The position numbers and the translations under genes are program-made. The notes below the pieces were generated by a model that had not been told where the DNA came from, searched no databases, and saw only the letters and a list, made by a program, of their open reading frames with translations. Shown one piece after another: positions 39,444-50,043 of a stretch of DNA of 64,000 bases. Each line of letters begins with the position of its first letter. The stretch's first letter is position 1. Where the stretch lies: positions 7,294-71,293 of the forward strand of contig DFFU01000027.1 in NCBI GenBank assembly GCA_002372315.1, given 5' to 3'. This DNA is from Alphaproteobacteria bacterium UBA3768. Its GTDB lineage: Bacteria; Pseudomonadota; Alphaproteobacteria; CAAHEQ01; UBA3637.

Positions 39444-40748
39444 TTATCGACCAATCCCTAAATAATTAAATCCATTTTCTTTGGCCTTTTGGGGATCCAA
39501 AAGGTTACGACAATCAACAATATTTTTGTGATTCATAGAGTAGGCTATTTTTTGTAGGTCCAATGACTTAAAGTCATCCCATTCAGTCAATATTGCGACA
39601 ACATCTGCGTTTTGTACTGCTGAATACATATCTGATGCATAAACAACCTTATCACCTATCAATTTTTTAGCATTTTCCATCGCTTTTGGATCGTAGACGG
39701 TGACAGTAACATTCGCCTTTAGTATTTCATCCAAAATTTCCATTGCAGGCGATTCACGACAATCATCCGTCCCATTTTTAAAAGCCAAACCCAAAACGGC
39801 TATTTTAGGGTCGGGAATATCTTTGACAACATTCAAAACACGATTTGCCATTTGTTTTTTACGAGCCCAATTTTCTTTAATAACATCTTCAATCAACGTC
39901 ATAGAGACATCATTTTGGCGTCCCATAAAAGCCATCGCCATTGTATCTTTTGGAAAGCAAGAACCTCCAAACCCAGGTCCTGGATTTAAAAATCTCGGTC
40001 CAATACGTGTATCCAATCCCATACCCTTGGCAACCTCTAATACATTGGCACCAGTCTTTTCACAAAAATTCGCCATTTCATTGATATAATGAATTTTGAT
40101 TGCTAAAAAAGCATTACTGGCATACTTGATTGTTTCAGAAGATTCACGCTTAACAAATAACATGTTCGGTTTAGTTTCAAAGGCATCATACAATGTTTGA
40201 ATAACAGATTGGGCGCGTTCTGAATTTGTTCCAACAATAACACGATCTGGATGGAAAAAATCATATACTGCAAAACCTTCCCGCAAAAACTCTGGCAAAG
40301 AAACCACATCAAAGTCAGCCGTTGGGTTTTGTTCTTTGATAATCTTTTCAACCACAGTTCCCGTTCCAACAGGCACTGTTGATTTGATTGCAACAACGGT
40401 ATAATTTTTTAAATAGGTTGCCAATTCGCGAACAGCGGCATGAATGTATTGCATGTCAGCTTCGTGAGTTACAGGATGTGGTGGCGTACCCACAGCAACA
40501 ATAACCACATCTGAATTTGAAACACTTTCCATTGAGGTGGAAAATTGAATTTGTCCCGCAGAAAAATTCTTTTTTAATAATTCTTCCAACCCTTCTTCAT
40601 ACAGGGTTATTTGTCCATTTTGTAGTGCATGAATCTTATTTTCATCCTTATCAACACAAACGACATGGTGTCCTAACTCAGCCAAACCAACACCCGTTGG
40701 TAGACCAACATAACCTGTTCCAATAACACAAACATTTAAAGCTTTCAT
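39444..40748 (-). CDS. ugd: UDP-glucose 6-dehydrogenase
   Basis: GTGYVGL, KSTVPVGT, PEFLREG, GPGFGGSCFPKD, DDCRESP. Confidence 0.95.
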   Translation of the reverse strand: MKALNVCVIGTGYVGLPTGVGLAELGHHVVCVDKDENKIHALQNGQITLYEEGLEELLKKNFSAGQIQFSTSMESVSNSDVVIVAVGTPPHPVTHEADMQYIHAAVRELATYLKNYTVVAIKSTVPVGTGTVVEKIIKEQNPTADFDVVSLPEFLREGFAVYDFFHPDRVIVGTNSERAQSVIQTLYDAFETKPNMLFVKRESSETIKYASNAFLAIKIHYINEMANFCEKTGANVLEVAKGMGLDTRIGPRFLNPGPGFGGSCFPKDTMAMAFMGRQNDVSMTLIEDVIKENWARKKQMANRVLNVVKDIPDPKIAVLGLAFKNGTDDCRESPAMEILDEILKANVTVTVYDPKAMENAKKLIGDKVVYASDMYSAVQNADVVAILTEWDDFKSLDLQKIAYSMNHKNIVDCRNLLDPQKAKENGFNYLGIGR

Positions 40749-41143
40749 TAATTTCTCCTTCTGTGTGCCGAATAACTTCCATCTGTATGAACAACTGGTG
40801 CTGAACGAGGTGCATAACGTGATTCTAAGGTCTGTTGAACATCCTTCATAACATCACTGATATAAGGCACGTTCATACTGACCAGTGCCGCGATAATTTT
40901 AAAAATAATAGCGATAACCAAAGTTGCACCTATGGTTAAACCAACCCCACGCGCAATACCACTGACTAAACCCAACCAAATAATTCGGGATGTCTTATTC
41001 AAATTATAAACATAATCCCCAATCCGCATCCGTTCCAATCGATCGGCCAACTTTTCCAACTGAGTCAAGCGCTGTTTTTGCGACATACGTTCAAATGGAG
41101 GAGGCGCGTTTTTTATATTTTCTGTTTTTTTAGACTCTGTCAT
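40748..41143 (-). CDS. DUF5665-like membrane protein
   Basis: RIIWLGLVSGIARGVGLTIGATLV. Confidence 0.7.
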   Translation of the reverse strand: MTESKKTENIKNAPPPFERMSQKQRLTQLEKLADRLERMRIGDYVYNLNKTSRIIWLGLVSGIARGVGLTIGATLVIAIIFKIIAALVSMNVPYISDVMKDVQQTLESRYAPRSAPVVHTDGSYSAHRRRN

Positions 41144-42267
41144 TTTATTATCTCCTTATATAATTTCAAAGTTTTTTCACACATTTTTTCAATTGAAAAA
41201 AATTCTTCCACACGCTGACGTGCCCTTTGTTCCATTTTTTCTTTTTGTGTGACATTCATATCCAATACATTATCCAATTTTTGTGCTAATGTCAAGATAT
41301 CCCCCACAGGAACTAAAAATCCTGTCTGACCATCTATAATTGTCTCCTTCGGTCCTCCATGATTAAAGGCAACCACAATGCGATGCATGGCGTTTGCTTC
41401 ACTGACTGTTCGCCCAAATGTTTCAGGGATAATAGATGCCGATACCATTACATTTGATAGGGCGTAAATAAATGGGACTTCATTTGCTGAAACAGACAGA
41501 GTTTTAACATTGACGGTATCAGGCAATTTTTGAATTTCTTCATTCAATAATTTTTCGTATTCTGGTTTTGCCTTTCCCCCAACTAATAAACAGGTTAAAT
41601 CTTTATGTTTCATATGGGATAAAGCCTGCAATAAAAGATTTTGTCCTTTCATTTTTGACAGACGCCCCACCAAAGTAATGATGGGTTTATCCACTGGAAT
41701 TTGTTTTTTTTCAGCAAAGGCCATTAAAGCATCCGTTGTTATTAAATCTGGATTAAAACGTTTTAAATCAGCCCCACGATGGATCACATGAATTTTATTT
41801 TCTGGATAATGGTATACAGTCATCAAATGTTCTTTGACACACTCAGACACGGCAATTGTGCATTTTCCCTGTAGCATCACACGATTATATATTTTTTTAA
41901 TTGCAGGTTTTATCCCATACATACCATGATAGGATGATATGAAAGGAATACCTGTTTTCTGACTTGCCCACTTAACACTCCACGCAGGAGCCCGAGACCG
42001 CACATGCATCAAAGCTACATCATTTTCCAAAGCAATGCGTGCTAATTTTTTAGAATTCAACCATATTCGTATTGGATTTTTACTGTGAACGGGCAATTTA
42101 AAATGTTTTACCCCAATTTTTTTCAATTGTTCCACCATCGGCCCGCCCGAAGACACAACAATGTTGGGTATACCTGCATGTTGTAAAGCCGTTGCAATTT
42201 CTATGGTTCCTGTTTCAACTCCACCTTGTTTTAATGAAGGTAAAACCTGCATAATCGTCTTTTTCAT
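41140..42267 (-). CDS. Glycosyltransferase family 4
   Basis: GGVETG, HVRSRAPAW, GRLSKMKG, PETFGRTVSEA, HGGPKE. Confidence 0.93.
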   Translation of the reverse strand: MKKTIMQVLPSLKQGGVETGTIEIATALQHAGIPNIVVSSGGPMVEQLKKIGVKHFKLPVHSKNPIRIWLNSKKLARIALENDVALMHVRSRAPAWSVKWASQKTGIPFISSYHGMYGIKPAIKKIYNRVMLQGKCTIAVSECVKEHLMTVYHYPENKIHVIHRGADLKRFNPDLITTDALMAFAEKKQIPVDKPIITLVGRLSKMKGQNLLLQALSHMKHKDLTCLLVGGKAKPEYEKLLNEEIQKLPDTVNVKTLSVSANEVPFIYALSNVMVSASIIPETFGRTVSEANAMHRIVVAFNHGGPKETIIDGQTGFLVPVGDILTLAQKLDNVLDMNVTQKEKMEQRARQRVEEFFSIEKMCEKTLKLYKEIIK

Positions 42268-42276
42268 CCGTACTCC

Positions 42277-42675
42277 TTATTGCGGAAAAACTTGATAATT
42301 AACCCGGGGTGCCATACGTTGAGTGTAATGACGACTTTCCATACAATCTTGATAATCATCATAATCTACAGACCAATCTCCCCCCGTATAATTAAGATAA
42401 ACAGGTTGAGCACCTGGATAAGGTATAAATTGCGCCCAAACACCATTTCCAGAGGCATTATCAAAGCGTAAATTTAAGGGCGGTTCTGTTCCCCAATCCC
42501 AAGGCCATCTTGGAGCAGGAAGGGCAAACCAATCTGCCTGTTTCATACATTCATTATGATCTTTGGCAAACCATTTAACACCCGTATTGGGGCGTTGCCA
42601 ATAAAATGTTTTTTGCCCATCATCAATAAAAGAACAACCGGATAACAACAAAAGCAGGCATATAATTTTTTTCAT
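42277..42675 (-). CDS. Hypothetical lipoprotein
   Basis: Lipobox LLSG-C; D...C..A and DCMESRHY motifs. Confidence 0.75.
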   Translation of the reverse strand: MKKIICLLLLLSGCSFIDDGQKTFYWQRPNTGVKWFAKDHNECMKQADWFALPAPRWPWDWGTEPPLNLRFDNASGNGVWAQFIPYPGAQPVYLNYTGGDWSVDYDDYQDCMESRHYTQRMAPRVNYQVFPQ

Positions 42676-42684
42676 TACGTCTCC

Positions 42685-43365
42685 TTAAAAATCCACATCT
42701 TGGTATTGTGGCACTGGTAAAATTCCCCCAATTTGGTCAAGCAAAAGTGGAGCAAATGTTGGACGCGATTTAATTTTGACATACCATGCTAGTGCATCCG
42801 TCAATCCTTGCCACTTTAATTCACCCAAATAATCCAAAACAGATAATTGAGCTGCCCCAGCTAAGTCTGCAAAAGATAAATTGCGCCCCCCCAAAAAAGA
42901 ACGACGACCTGCCAACCAATCAATATAACCCATATACTTCATTAAATTTTCACGTCCTGCACGTATTAACGTTGCATCGGGTGCCTCATGCGTTCCTATT
43001 ACTTTTAAAACACGTTCCAACAGAATGGGATAAACAACATCATGATAAAAGGGACCATCAAACCAATTTGTCAAACGTCTTATTTCCGCTCTACCACGTG
43101 GTGTTTCCCCCAATAGATTTGGCGTCAATTGAGTTTCGTTCAAATATTCACAAATGGCCTGATGTCCAGATAAAGAATAGCCGTCTGATTCGTATAAAAC
43201 AGGCACAGTACCCAAGGGATTGAGCTGTAAAAATTTGGGATCTCTTTCCCAAGGTTTCGTCATAACCAACTGAACAGGAATTGACTTTTCCAATAAGGTT
43301 AAACGTACCTTTCGACAAAAAGGATCCAAAGGAAAATGATATAAAAACAGGTCTTTATTGATCAT
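42685..43365 (-). CDS. Glutathione S-transferase family protein, FzlA-like
   Basis: LYHFPLDPFCRKVRL, LNPLGTVPVL, ADLAGAAQLSVLDYLG, WY..IKSRPTF, C-terminal Y.D.DF typical of alphaproteobacterial FzlA. Confidence 0.8.
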   Translation of the reverse strand: MINKDLFLYHFPLDPFCRKVRLTLLEKSIPVQLVMTKPWERDPKFLQLNPLGTVPVLYESDGYSLSGHQAICEYLNETQLTPNLLGETPRGRAEIRRLTNWFDGPFYHDVVYPILLERVLKVIGTHEAPDATLIRAGRENLMKYMGYIDWLAGRRSFLGGRNLSFADLAGAAQLSVLDYLGELKWQGLTDALAWYVKIKSRPTFAPLLLDQIGGILPVPQYQDVDF

Positions 43366-44501
43366 TTTTTATCCTTTACTATACCAATTAAAACAGAGGC
43401 TATTTTATCCGAAGGCAAAACCTTACCCCGCATTTTTTCCAAACTTTTTTGAACACTTTGCTTGGAAACTTTAAATAATTTTTCAGTTGTATCAACCAAA
43501 TTTTTAACGGTACATCTTTTTTGTAATAATTCTGGAATCACTTCCTTATTCTGTGAATAATTGATTAAATTAGCATAAGGAATTTTGATCATTACTTTTG
43601 CTAAAAGAGCACTGAGTGGATGTACACGATAGGCAATTAAATGAGGCACTTTTGCCAAAGCCAACTCTAAACTCACTGTTCCACTGGCTGCAATAGCTAC
43701 ATCCGCTGCTGCAAAAGCATCATAACGTTTTTTTTCACCCAAAACAATCGTATGAGGGACATGCCAAGATTTCAACATGTCACAAACCTTTGGAGCTACC
43801 GTTTTTACAGAAGGAATGACAACAAATAGGTGGGGATGGGTCTTTTGTAATTGCTCACATGCCTCTTTAAATACAGGCATCAAACGAGAAACTTCATTTT
43901 TGCGACTGCCTGGTAATAAAATTAAAATTTGCGTGTTCTTATCTAAATTATACTTTTGGCGGAAATGGCTGGCGGAGCCTTTATCAGCACCACCTTCGAT
44001 AACAGGATGTCCTGTAAACGTTGTTTTAAGACCATAGGGTTTAAAATATTTTTCCTCCCAAGGAAACAAACAAAATAAGTGGTCAATATAATTGGGTAAA
44101 GTTTTTGCCCTGCCCGCTTTCCATACCCATACTTGCGGTGCCACACAATGAACATGCGGAATCCCTAAATTCAATTTTTTTAATTTTTGATGAACTCGGA
44201 TAGAAAAAGAATAACTATCTATCGTCATAATAATATCTGGTTTTTTCTTTTGAATATCTTCTATAATTTCATTTAAGCGATGCAAAATCTTGGGAATACT
44301 AGGCACCACTTCCATCAACCCCATAACAGCCAAATCCCGAATGTTAAATAAGGATTTCAGCCCCTCTTCGTGCATGGTTTCTCCCCCAACACCCATGAAT
44401 TCAACCTGACCTTTGGTGCGTTTTTTTAATGCTCGCATCACACGAGACCCCAATAAGTCCCCGGATGGTTCACCCGCAATTAAATATACGCGCAATGTCA
44501 T
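43362..44501 (-). CDS. lpxB: Lipid-A-disaccharide synthase
   Basis: AGEPSGD.LG, APQVW.W, GHP, LPGSR..E, ASGTVSLE. Confidence 0.95.
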   Translation of the reverse strand: MTLRVYLIAGEPSGDLLGSRVMRALKKRTKGQVEFMGVGGETMHEEGLKSLFNIRDLAVMGLMEVVPSIPKILHRLNEIIEDIQKKKPDIIMTIDSYSFSIRVHQKLKKLNLGIPHVHCVAPQVWVWKAGRAKTLPNYIDHLFCLFPWEEKYFKPYGLKTTFTGHPVIEGGADKGSASHFRQKYNLDKNTQILILLPGSRKNEVSRLMPVFKEACEQLQKTHPHLFVVIPSVKTVAPKVCDMLKSWHVPHTIVLGEKKRYDAFAAADVAIAASGTVSLELALAKVPHLIAYRVHPLSALLAKVMIKIPYANLINYSQNKEVIPELLQKRCTVKNLVDTTEKLFKVSKQSVQKSLEKMRGKVLPSDKIASVLIGIVKDKK

Positions 44502-45316
44502 TTCTCACCTACCCCTATGATAAATACCCCCAGCTGATTGGCCAGTTTAATCGTTTGTTCTGCCTGAGAAATCAATACTCCCCCCGATTGAACAGCAATC
44601 CCCACAAATCCTGCATTTTTAACAGACTGAACTGTTTGAGGACCAATGGTTGGCAAATCCACACGCCGATCTTGTTGTGGTTTGCACATTTTGACCAAAA
44701 CACCGCCCCCCCCTTTACGTTTCAAATCCGCCGAACGTCGAATCAGAGCATCTGTTCCTTCTATTCCTTCCAAGGATAAAACCAGCCCTTGTTGCACAAT
44801 CACACTTTGCCCAACATCTGCTTTACCCAAAAGTTGTGCCACTTCCACCCCACGTTTAATATCAACAGAATCTTGAGGTGTCGGAACACGACGAGTATAA
44901 ACCCCTTTTTTCGCCAAAAGATGAGGTAAAATTTCATCAATACCTACAACCTTCATTCCCTCAGATTCCACAACTTTAACAATAAACTTCAATAAGCCAT
45001 CATCACCTAACGCCTTTAATCCCAACTTGGCAATTTCTTTAAATCCTTTAAAATCAGGCCATAAACCGACCAATGACGGACGTTTAACCCCACCAATAAA
45101 GACAACTTCTTGAACCTTGTTTTTCTTAAAAATCCGAAAACCTTTGCCCACAGCTCCCAGACGAATCCAACTCATTGGTAATGCTTTATCATACTCTTTG
45201 GGATTTGCCTGACCTTTCAGTCCCAAGACATAAAAGTCACGATGCATCCGCTCACATGCTTCTATCAAGCAATGTGGCAAGGCACCTGCACCGGCAATTA
45301 TCCCCAGTTTTTTCAT
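44498..45316 (-). CDS. lpxI: UDP-2,3-diacylglucosamine pyrophosphatase LpxI
   Basis: LGIIAGAGALP, DVGQSV, EGIEGTDALIRR, KPQQDRRVDLPTIG. Confidence 0.93.
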   Translation of the reverse strand: MKKLGIIAGAGALPHCLIEACERMHRDFYVLGLKGQANPKEYDKALPMSWIRLGAVGKGFRIFKKNKVQEVVFIGGVKRPSLVGLWPDFKGFKEIAKLGLKALGDDGLLKFIVKVVESEGMKVVGIDEILPHLLAKKGVYTRRVPTPQDSVDIKRGVEVAQLLGKADVGQSVIVQQGLVLSLEGIEGTDALIRRSADLKRKGGGGVLVKMCKPQQDRRVDLPTIGPQTVQSVKNAGFVGIAVQSGGVLISQAEQTIKLANQLGVFIIGVGEK

Positions 45317-46101
45317 TTCTTTTTCTCCGGTTGCATCAATCCATTTCTGGATGGATTTTGACAGAAAGTAATCACTTTTGAAATCAAAGGATGATCAGCG
45401 TACTTTTCAGCCAATTGAGCAATTCTGTCAGCCAATACACCTTCCCCAAAGAAAAGTTCTTTATAAGCTGATTGTAATTCCATAATCAACTTTTTATCAA
45501 TTCCTGCACGTTGTAAGCCGACTAAATTTAATCCTGCCAAACCATCACGCATAACCATACCATAGGGAATCACATCCTTCATAATACCTGTCATAGCCCC
45601 AATCATTGCCCCTTCACCAATATGAGCAAATTGGACAACCCCTGCCATACCAGAAATAATAGCACGATTACCGACAACCACATGACCTGCAAGACTCGCA
45701 TTATTACTCATCACCACATCATCCCCAACAATACAATCATGGGCCACATGGGATGCCACTAAAAACCAGTTACGCGAACCAATGGTGGTAATTTTTTGAT
45801 CTACATCTGAACCCGTATGGGCGGTAAAATGTTCGCGAAAAACATTATCGTCACCGATGCGCAACTTTAAGTCCGTTGCTTTATTGCGTTTATGTTGACA
45901 AGGAAGTCCTAGCGAAGCAAAGGGATATAATGTGTTGCGTTCGCCCAAAATCGTATCTCCTTCAATTACATTATGGGAAATCAAACGTGTACCAGCGCCA
46001 ATTTTAACCTGAGGTCCCACCGTACAAAAAGGACCAATCTCCACATCTTCAGCCAATTCTGCCTTAGGATCCACAACACTTAAAGGATGAATTTTAGCCA
46101 T
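45313..46101 (-). CDS. lpxA: UDP-N-acetylglucosamine O-acyltransferase
   Basis: IHPLSVVDPKA, hexapeptide repeats, HVAHDC, LAGHV, GLNLVGLQR. Confidence 0.95.
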   Translation of the reverse strand: MAKIHPLSVVDPKAELAEDVEIGPFCTVGPQVKIGAGTRLISHNVIEGDTILGERNTLYPFASLGLPCQHKRNKATDLKLRIGDDNVFREHFTAHTGSDVDQKITTIGSRNWFLVASHVAHDCIVGDDVVMSNNASLAGHVVVGNRAIISGMAGVVQFAHIGEGAMIGAMTGIMKDVIPYGMVMRDGLAGLNLVGLQRAGIDKKLIMELQSAYKELFFGEGVLADRIAQLAEKYADHPLISKVITFCQNPSRNGLMQPEKKK

Positions 46102-46103
46102 TT

Positions 46104-47183
46104 CTAACCTTTCTTTAAAAACTTTTTCCAAAACCAAATTTTGGCATCTGCTTTTACTTGTTCTGATTTCTTTTTGGTAAGTCCACGCAATGCCACAATT
46201 TGACGCATAAATTCATGTCCTTCTTGGGCTGGAGATCCCATCATCTTTTTCATCGGTTCAATGTTGTTCATCACACCAGATTGTGCTGCAATTTGTGCGC
46301 CTGATCCAATTTTCAAGTGCCCCGCATATCCCACTTGACCACCCGAAACAACAAAATCACCAAATTCACAGCTGCCTGCGATACCATTTTGAGCCACGAT
46401 AACGCAGCATTTACCTAATTTCACATTATGGGCTATTTGACACAAATTATCAATACGTGTTCCTGAACCAATCACCGTGTCACCCATTGCACCACGATCC
46501 ACAGTGGTACAAGAGGAAATTTCCACATCATCCCCAATAATCACACGCCCCAATTGTGGACATTTTTGGGGGCCTTTTTCAGGGCTCATAGCAAAACCAA
46601 AACCATCTTGACCGATTTGGGCACCAGGGTAAATATAGACTTTATTTCCGGCAATACAATGCGATACAGTAGCATTTGCCCCCACCGTACACAAAGCCCC
46701 CATCTGAACCCCATCTTCTATAACAGCATTCGCATGAATGTCACAACCTTCTCCCAAAATCACATTTTTTCCAATAACAGCGCCTGCTGCCACACGAGAG
46801 CCTGCGCCAATTTGGGCTGTAGGATCTACATATGCATTGGGGGAAATGCCTGCTTCAAAAGTGCGTGGATAAAAGGCAGATGCCACCAATCCGTATGAAC
46901 GATGAGCGTCTTTTGATATTAAAGCAATTGTCCCTTCCGGAACAAATTCTTTAAATTTTTCTGGCACAATTACTGCTCCCGCCTTGGTTGCTTTTAGTGC
47001 ATCTCGCACAGATGGAATAAAAGCCCATGACACATCATTGGGGGTTGCATTTTCCAAATCTGCTACATCTTGAAAAACTCTATTGGCATCAATTCCCTCT
47101 GGCAAGACTACTTCACCAATTTCAGCAAGTTTACCCAAAGTCAAACCACCTTCGACTTTATGGAAAAAACGTGTATCAGCCAT
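46104..47183 (-). CDS. lpxD: UDP-3-O-acylglucosamine N-acyltransferase
   Basis: IGQDGFGF, PQLGRVIIGDDVE, DRG, IDNLCQIAHNV, GQVG..GHL. Confidence 0.95.
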   Translation of the reverse strand: MADTRFFHKVEGGLTLGKLAEIGEVVLPEGIDANRVFQDVADLENATPNDVSWAFIPSVRDALKATKAGAVIVPEKFKEFVPEGTIALISKDAHRSYGLVASAFYPRTFEAGISPNAYVDPTAQIGAGSRVAAGAVIGKNVILGEGCDIHANAVIEDGVQMGALCTVGANATVSHCIAGNKVYIYPGAQIGQDGFGFAMSPEKGPQKCPQLGRVIIGDDVEISSCTTVDRGAMGDTVIGSGTRIDNLCQIAHNVKLGKCCVIVAQNGIAGSCEFGDFVVSGGQVGYAGHLKIGSGAQIAAQSGVMNNIEPMKKMMGSPAQEGHEFMRQIVALRGLTKKKSEQVKADAKIWFWKKFLKKG

Positions 47184-47192
47184 AAAACCTCC

Positions 47193-47780
47193 TTAATGAG
47201 TCAATTTTGCTGGATCTGGATAGGCAACCTGTTGAATAGATTTATCTAAATTCTTTACAAAATCATCCGTCACATCCACTTTATTAGAAGCATATAAGAC
47301 GTTATTCATACTCAACAAAACCTTCAATCCTTTTTGCTGAGCTGTTTTTTCAACTGCTAAAGAAATTTCTTTTGCTGCGCCATTTAAAGCCACCTGAGAT
47401 GCCATCATAATACGTTCCATCGTTGGACGGTATTTTTCTTGAATCTTATTGGCACGACGTTGCAAATCACGGACCTTACTTTGGTATTCTTCAGGTTTTA
47501 ATTTATCCTTTTGCTTTTCCAACTTTTGGGCATCTGCCTCTATATCCTTGGAATCAGCCATAATCCGAACACGAATCTGTTCTGCATACTTATTTTGTTC
47601 ATTTTGGACATACTGGTACACTTTGGCGTTTTTTTGAACAACATTAAAATCCACAACACCAATAGACGGACGAGAAAGTGAATAAACTCCCCATCCTAAT
47701 AGCGCTACAGCGATAACAGCAGCAGCTGCAAAACAAACTTTTCTATTTTCTTTTACCTTGGATAAATTTACTTTTTTCAT
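47193..47780 (-). CDS. OmpH/Skp outer-membrane chaperone
   Basis: IGVVD, coiled-coil middle, DVTD..V; between bamA and lpxD. Confidence 0.8.
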   Translation of the reverse strand: MKKVNLSKVKENRKVCFAAAAVIAVALLGWGVYSLSRPSIGVVDFNVVQKNAKVYQYVQNEQNKYAEQIRVRIMADSKDIEADAQKLEKQKDKLKPEEYQSKVRDLQRRANKIQEKYRPTMERIMMASQVALNGAAKEISLAVEKTAQQKGLKVLLSMNNVLYASNKVDVTDDFVKNLDKSIQQVAYPDPAKLTH

Positions 47781-47781
47781 T

Positions 47782-50043
47782 TTAGAATCCTTTCCCAAAA
47801 TTTAACCTGAAAACACGTGTTTTATCAAACTTTGTTTTCACCAACGGATACGTGAAATCCAAATTGATTATCCCCATTGGAGATGCCCATAGAATCCCCG
47901 TACCCACACCAACTCGTATCTTACGAGAATAAAGCGTTTCATCATGATCATAACTATCAGGTTTTCCAATCATACCCGCATCAGAAAACACCTTTCCTTT
48001 AATACCCATTTCTTTGGGTAATCCCAAGGGGAAGGATAGCTCTGTACTGGCGGCAGCATACCAATTGCCCCCCAATGCGTCTTGCGACCTTTTATCACGA
48101 GCACTTACACCCCCGTATTCAAAACCACGCAAGGAAGCATCACCCAAAAGATAGCGATCATTAATACGCACACGCTGACCATCCCAGCCCCATATACGAC
48201 CACCATCACCACGAATTGAAAATACAACATCTTCAGCCACAGAAAAATAACGAATAGCAGTAGCATTAATACGGTAATATTTACTGTCACCTCCCAAGCC
48301 CGCAACTTCAGTATTCAAAGACAAATAATACCCTGTTGTTGGATCAATACGACTATCCCGTTTATCATAAATCAAGTCTTGACCAATCAAGGATACCGTT
48401 GTTCTTCCCTGTTGCTCTTTAACGGCCAACGCCGCATCATTATCAACATTTGTAATTTCATCACGACGTAAAGTATAATAGGCACTTTGACGTAAATGAT
48501 CTGTATAGTCCCAACCAAAACGAATGGTACCACCTGTTGTTTTATAATCATATGAGGATGAATCAGAGTTATCACGTGTCGTATGGAACAAATCAATCCC
48601 TGCTGACAAATTATAATCCATAAAGTATGGATTGGTAATGCCCGCTGTATACTGCGTTTCCTTTTGACTGAGCATCAAATTTAAGCGCGCAATATTACCA
48701 GTCCCCAAAATATTACGTTCTTGAATCCCTGTTTCAAACATCATTCCATCATAGGATGACCAACCCACACCAATATTAAAGGCTCCTGTTGATTTTTCAG
48801 CCAAAGATAAATCAACATCTACTAAGGATGGGTTTCTAGGAACAGAGGATGTTTGCATATCCACGTTAGAAAAATAATCCAAATCAGACACACGTTGTTT
48901 TGATCGACGCAGTTTGGACGCATTAAACGCGTCCCCTTCTTTAATACGAAATTCACGACGAATAACTTTATCTTTTGTACGTGTATTTCCTTTTATATTG
49001 ATACGACGGATAAATACTTTATCCCCTTCTGAAACCCTAAAAATCAATTTTGCTGTATGATTTTTATCATCCCGAACAATATCGGGGGTTACATTAACAA
49101 AAGCATAGCCTTCATTTATTAGGGTATCGGTAATATCATCTGCGGTTGCATTGACCTCATCCACATTAATAACATCCCCCTGCTCCAAGCGCAACAAATC
49201 TTTTAAATCCTTTTTAGCGGTATATTCAGGGAGATTTACCTGAATATCCACATCTGAAACACGGTACTTCTGTCCTTCATTCAGTTGAAGTGTCAAAACA
49301 AAGCCCTCGCGGTCAGGCATCAATTCGGCCATTGCGCGCACAATTTCAAAATCCAAATAGCCATTTTGTAAATAAAAGCGACGAACCAATTCTTGATCAT
49401 AGTTAAAACGATCTGGATCATATGTATCTGTTGAAGACAAGAAACGATACCAGGCTTTTTCTTGGGTCATCATTTTATTTTTTAAAGTACCATCAGAATA
49501 GGCTTCATTCCCTTCAAAATTAATTTGCTTCACCAAAGCCTTTTCGCCTTCATTGATTTCAAAAATCACATCAACACGATTTTGATCCAATTCACGGAAG
49601 GTTGGATTGATAGAGGCAGCAAAACGCCCATGACGCTTATAAACTTCCAATAAGCGATCTGCATCCTTTTGTAATTTTCTTTTTGTAAATGTGTCCCCTG
49701 AACGCAGTAAAACTTCTGTTTTTAATGCATCATCATCCAAAGCCTTATTATCTTCAAAAAAGACATCATGAACAATTGGATTTTCAACCACTTTAATTTC
49801 TGCTATACCATCTTTAAAATCAACTTTAACATCTGAAAATAAACCCGTAGCAAATAAAGTTTGAGATGCTTTTTCCCAATCATTATCAGAAACATCCATC
49901 CCCTTTTTCAAGCCAAGATAGCTCATTACCGTAGCATTTTCAATACGGCGCGTACCAGAAATATGAATTTCTTTTAACTCCTCAGCTTGAACTGAAAAAG
50001 CCATTAAAGCGCATAAAGCAAGTGTATATTTTAGTTTTTTCAT
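47782..50043 (-). CDS. bamA: Outer membrane protein assembly factor BamA
   Basis: POTRA repeats (LFATGLFSDV, GNTRTKDKVIRRE), LRGF, ALGG, WASPMG, C-terminal F. Confidence 0.96.
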   Translation of the reverse strand: MKKLKYTLALCALMAFSVQAEELKEIHISGTRRIENATVMSYLGLKKGMDVSDNDWEKASQTLFATGLFSDVKVDFKDGIAEIKVVENPIVHDVFFEDNKALDDDALKTEVLLRSGDTFTKRKLQKDADRLLEVYKRHGRFAASINPTFRELDQNRVDVIFEINEGEKALVKQINFEGNEAYSDGTLKNKMMTQEKAWYRFLSSTDTYDPDRFNYDQELVRRFYLQNGYLDFEIVRAMAELMPDREGFVLTLQLNEGQKYRVSDVDIQVNLPEYTAKKDLKDLLRLEQGDVINVDEVNATADDITDTLINEGYAFVNVTPDIVRDDKNHTAKLIFRVSEGDKVFIRRINIKGNTRTKDKVIRREFRIKEGDAFNASKLRRSKQRVSDLDYFSNVDMQTSSVPRNPSLVDVDLSLAEKSTGAFNIGVGWSSYDGMMFETGIQERNILGTGNIARLNLMLSQKETQYTAGITNPYFMDYNLSAGIDLFHTTRDNSDSSSYDYKTTGGTIRFGWDYTDHLRQSAYYTLRRDEITNVDNDAALAVKEQQGRTTVSLIGQDLIYDKRDSRIDPTTGYYLSLNTEVAGLGGDSKYYRINATAIRYFSVAEDVVFSIRGDGGRIWGWDGQRVRINDRYLLGDASLRGFEYGGVSARDKRSQDALGGNWYAAASTELSFPLGLPKEMGIKGKVFSDAGMIGKPDSYDHDETLYSRKIRVGVGTGILWASPMGIINLDFTYPLVKTKFDKTRVFRLNFGKGF

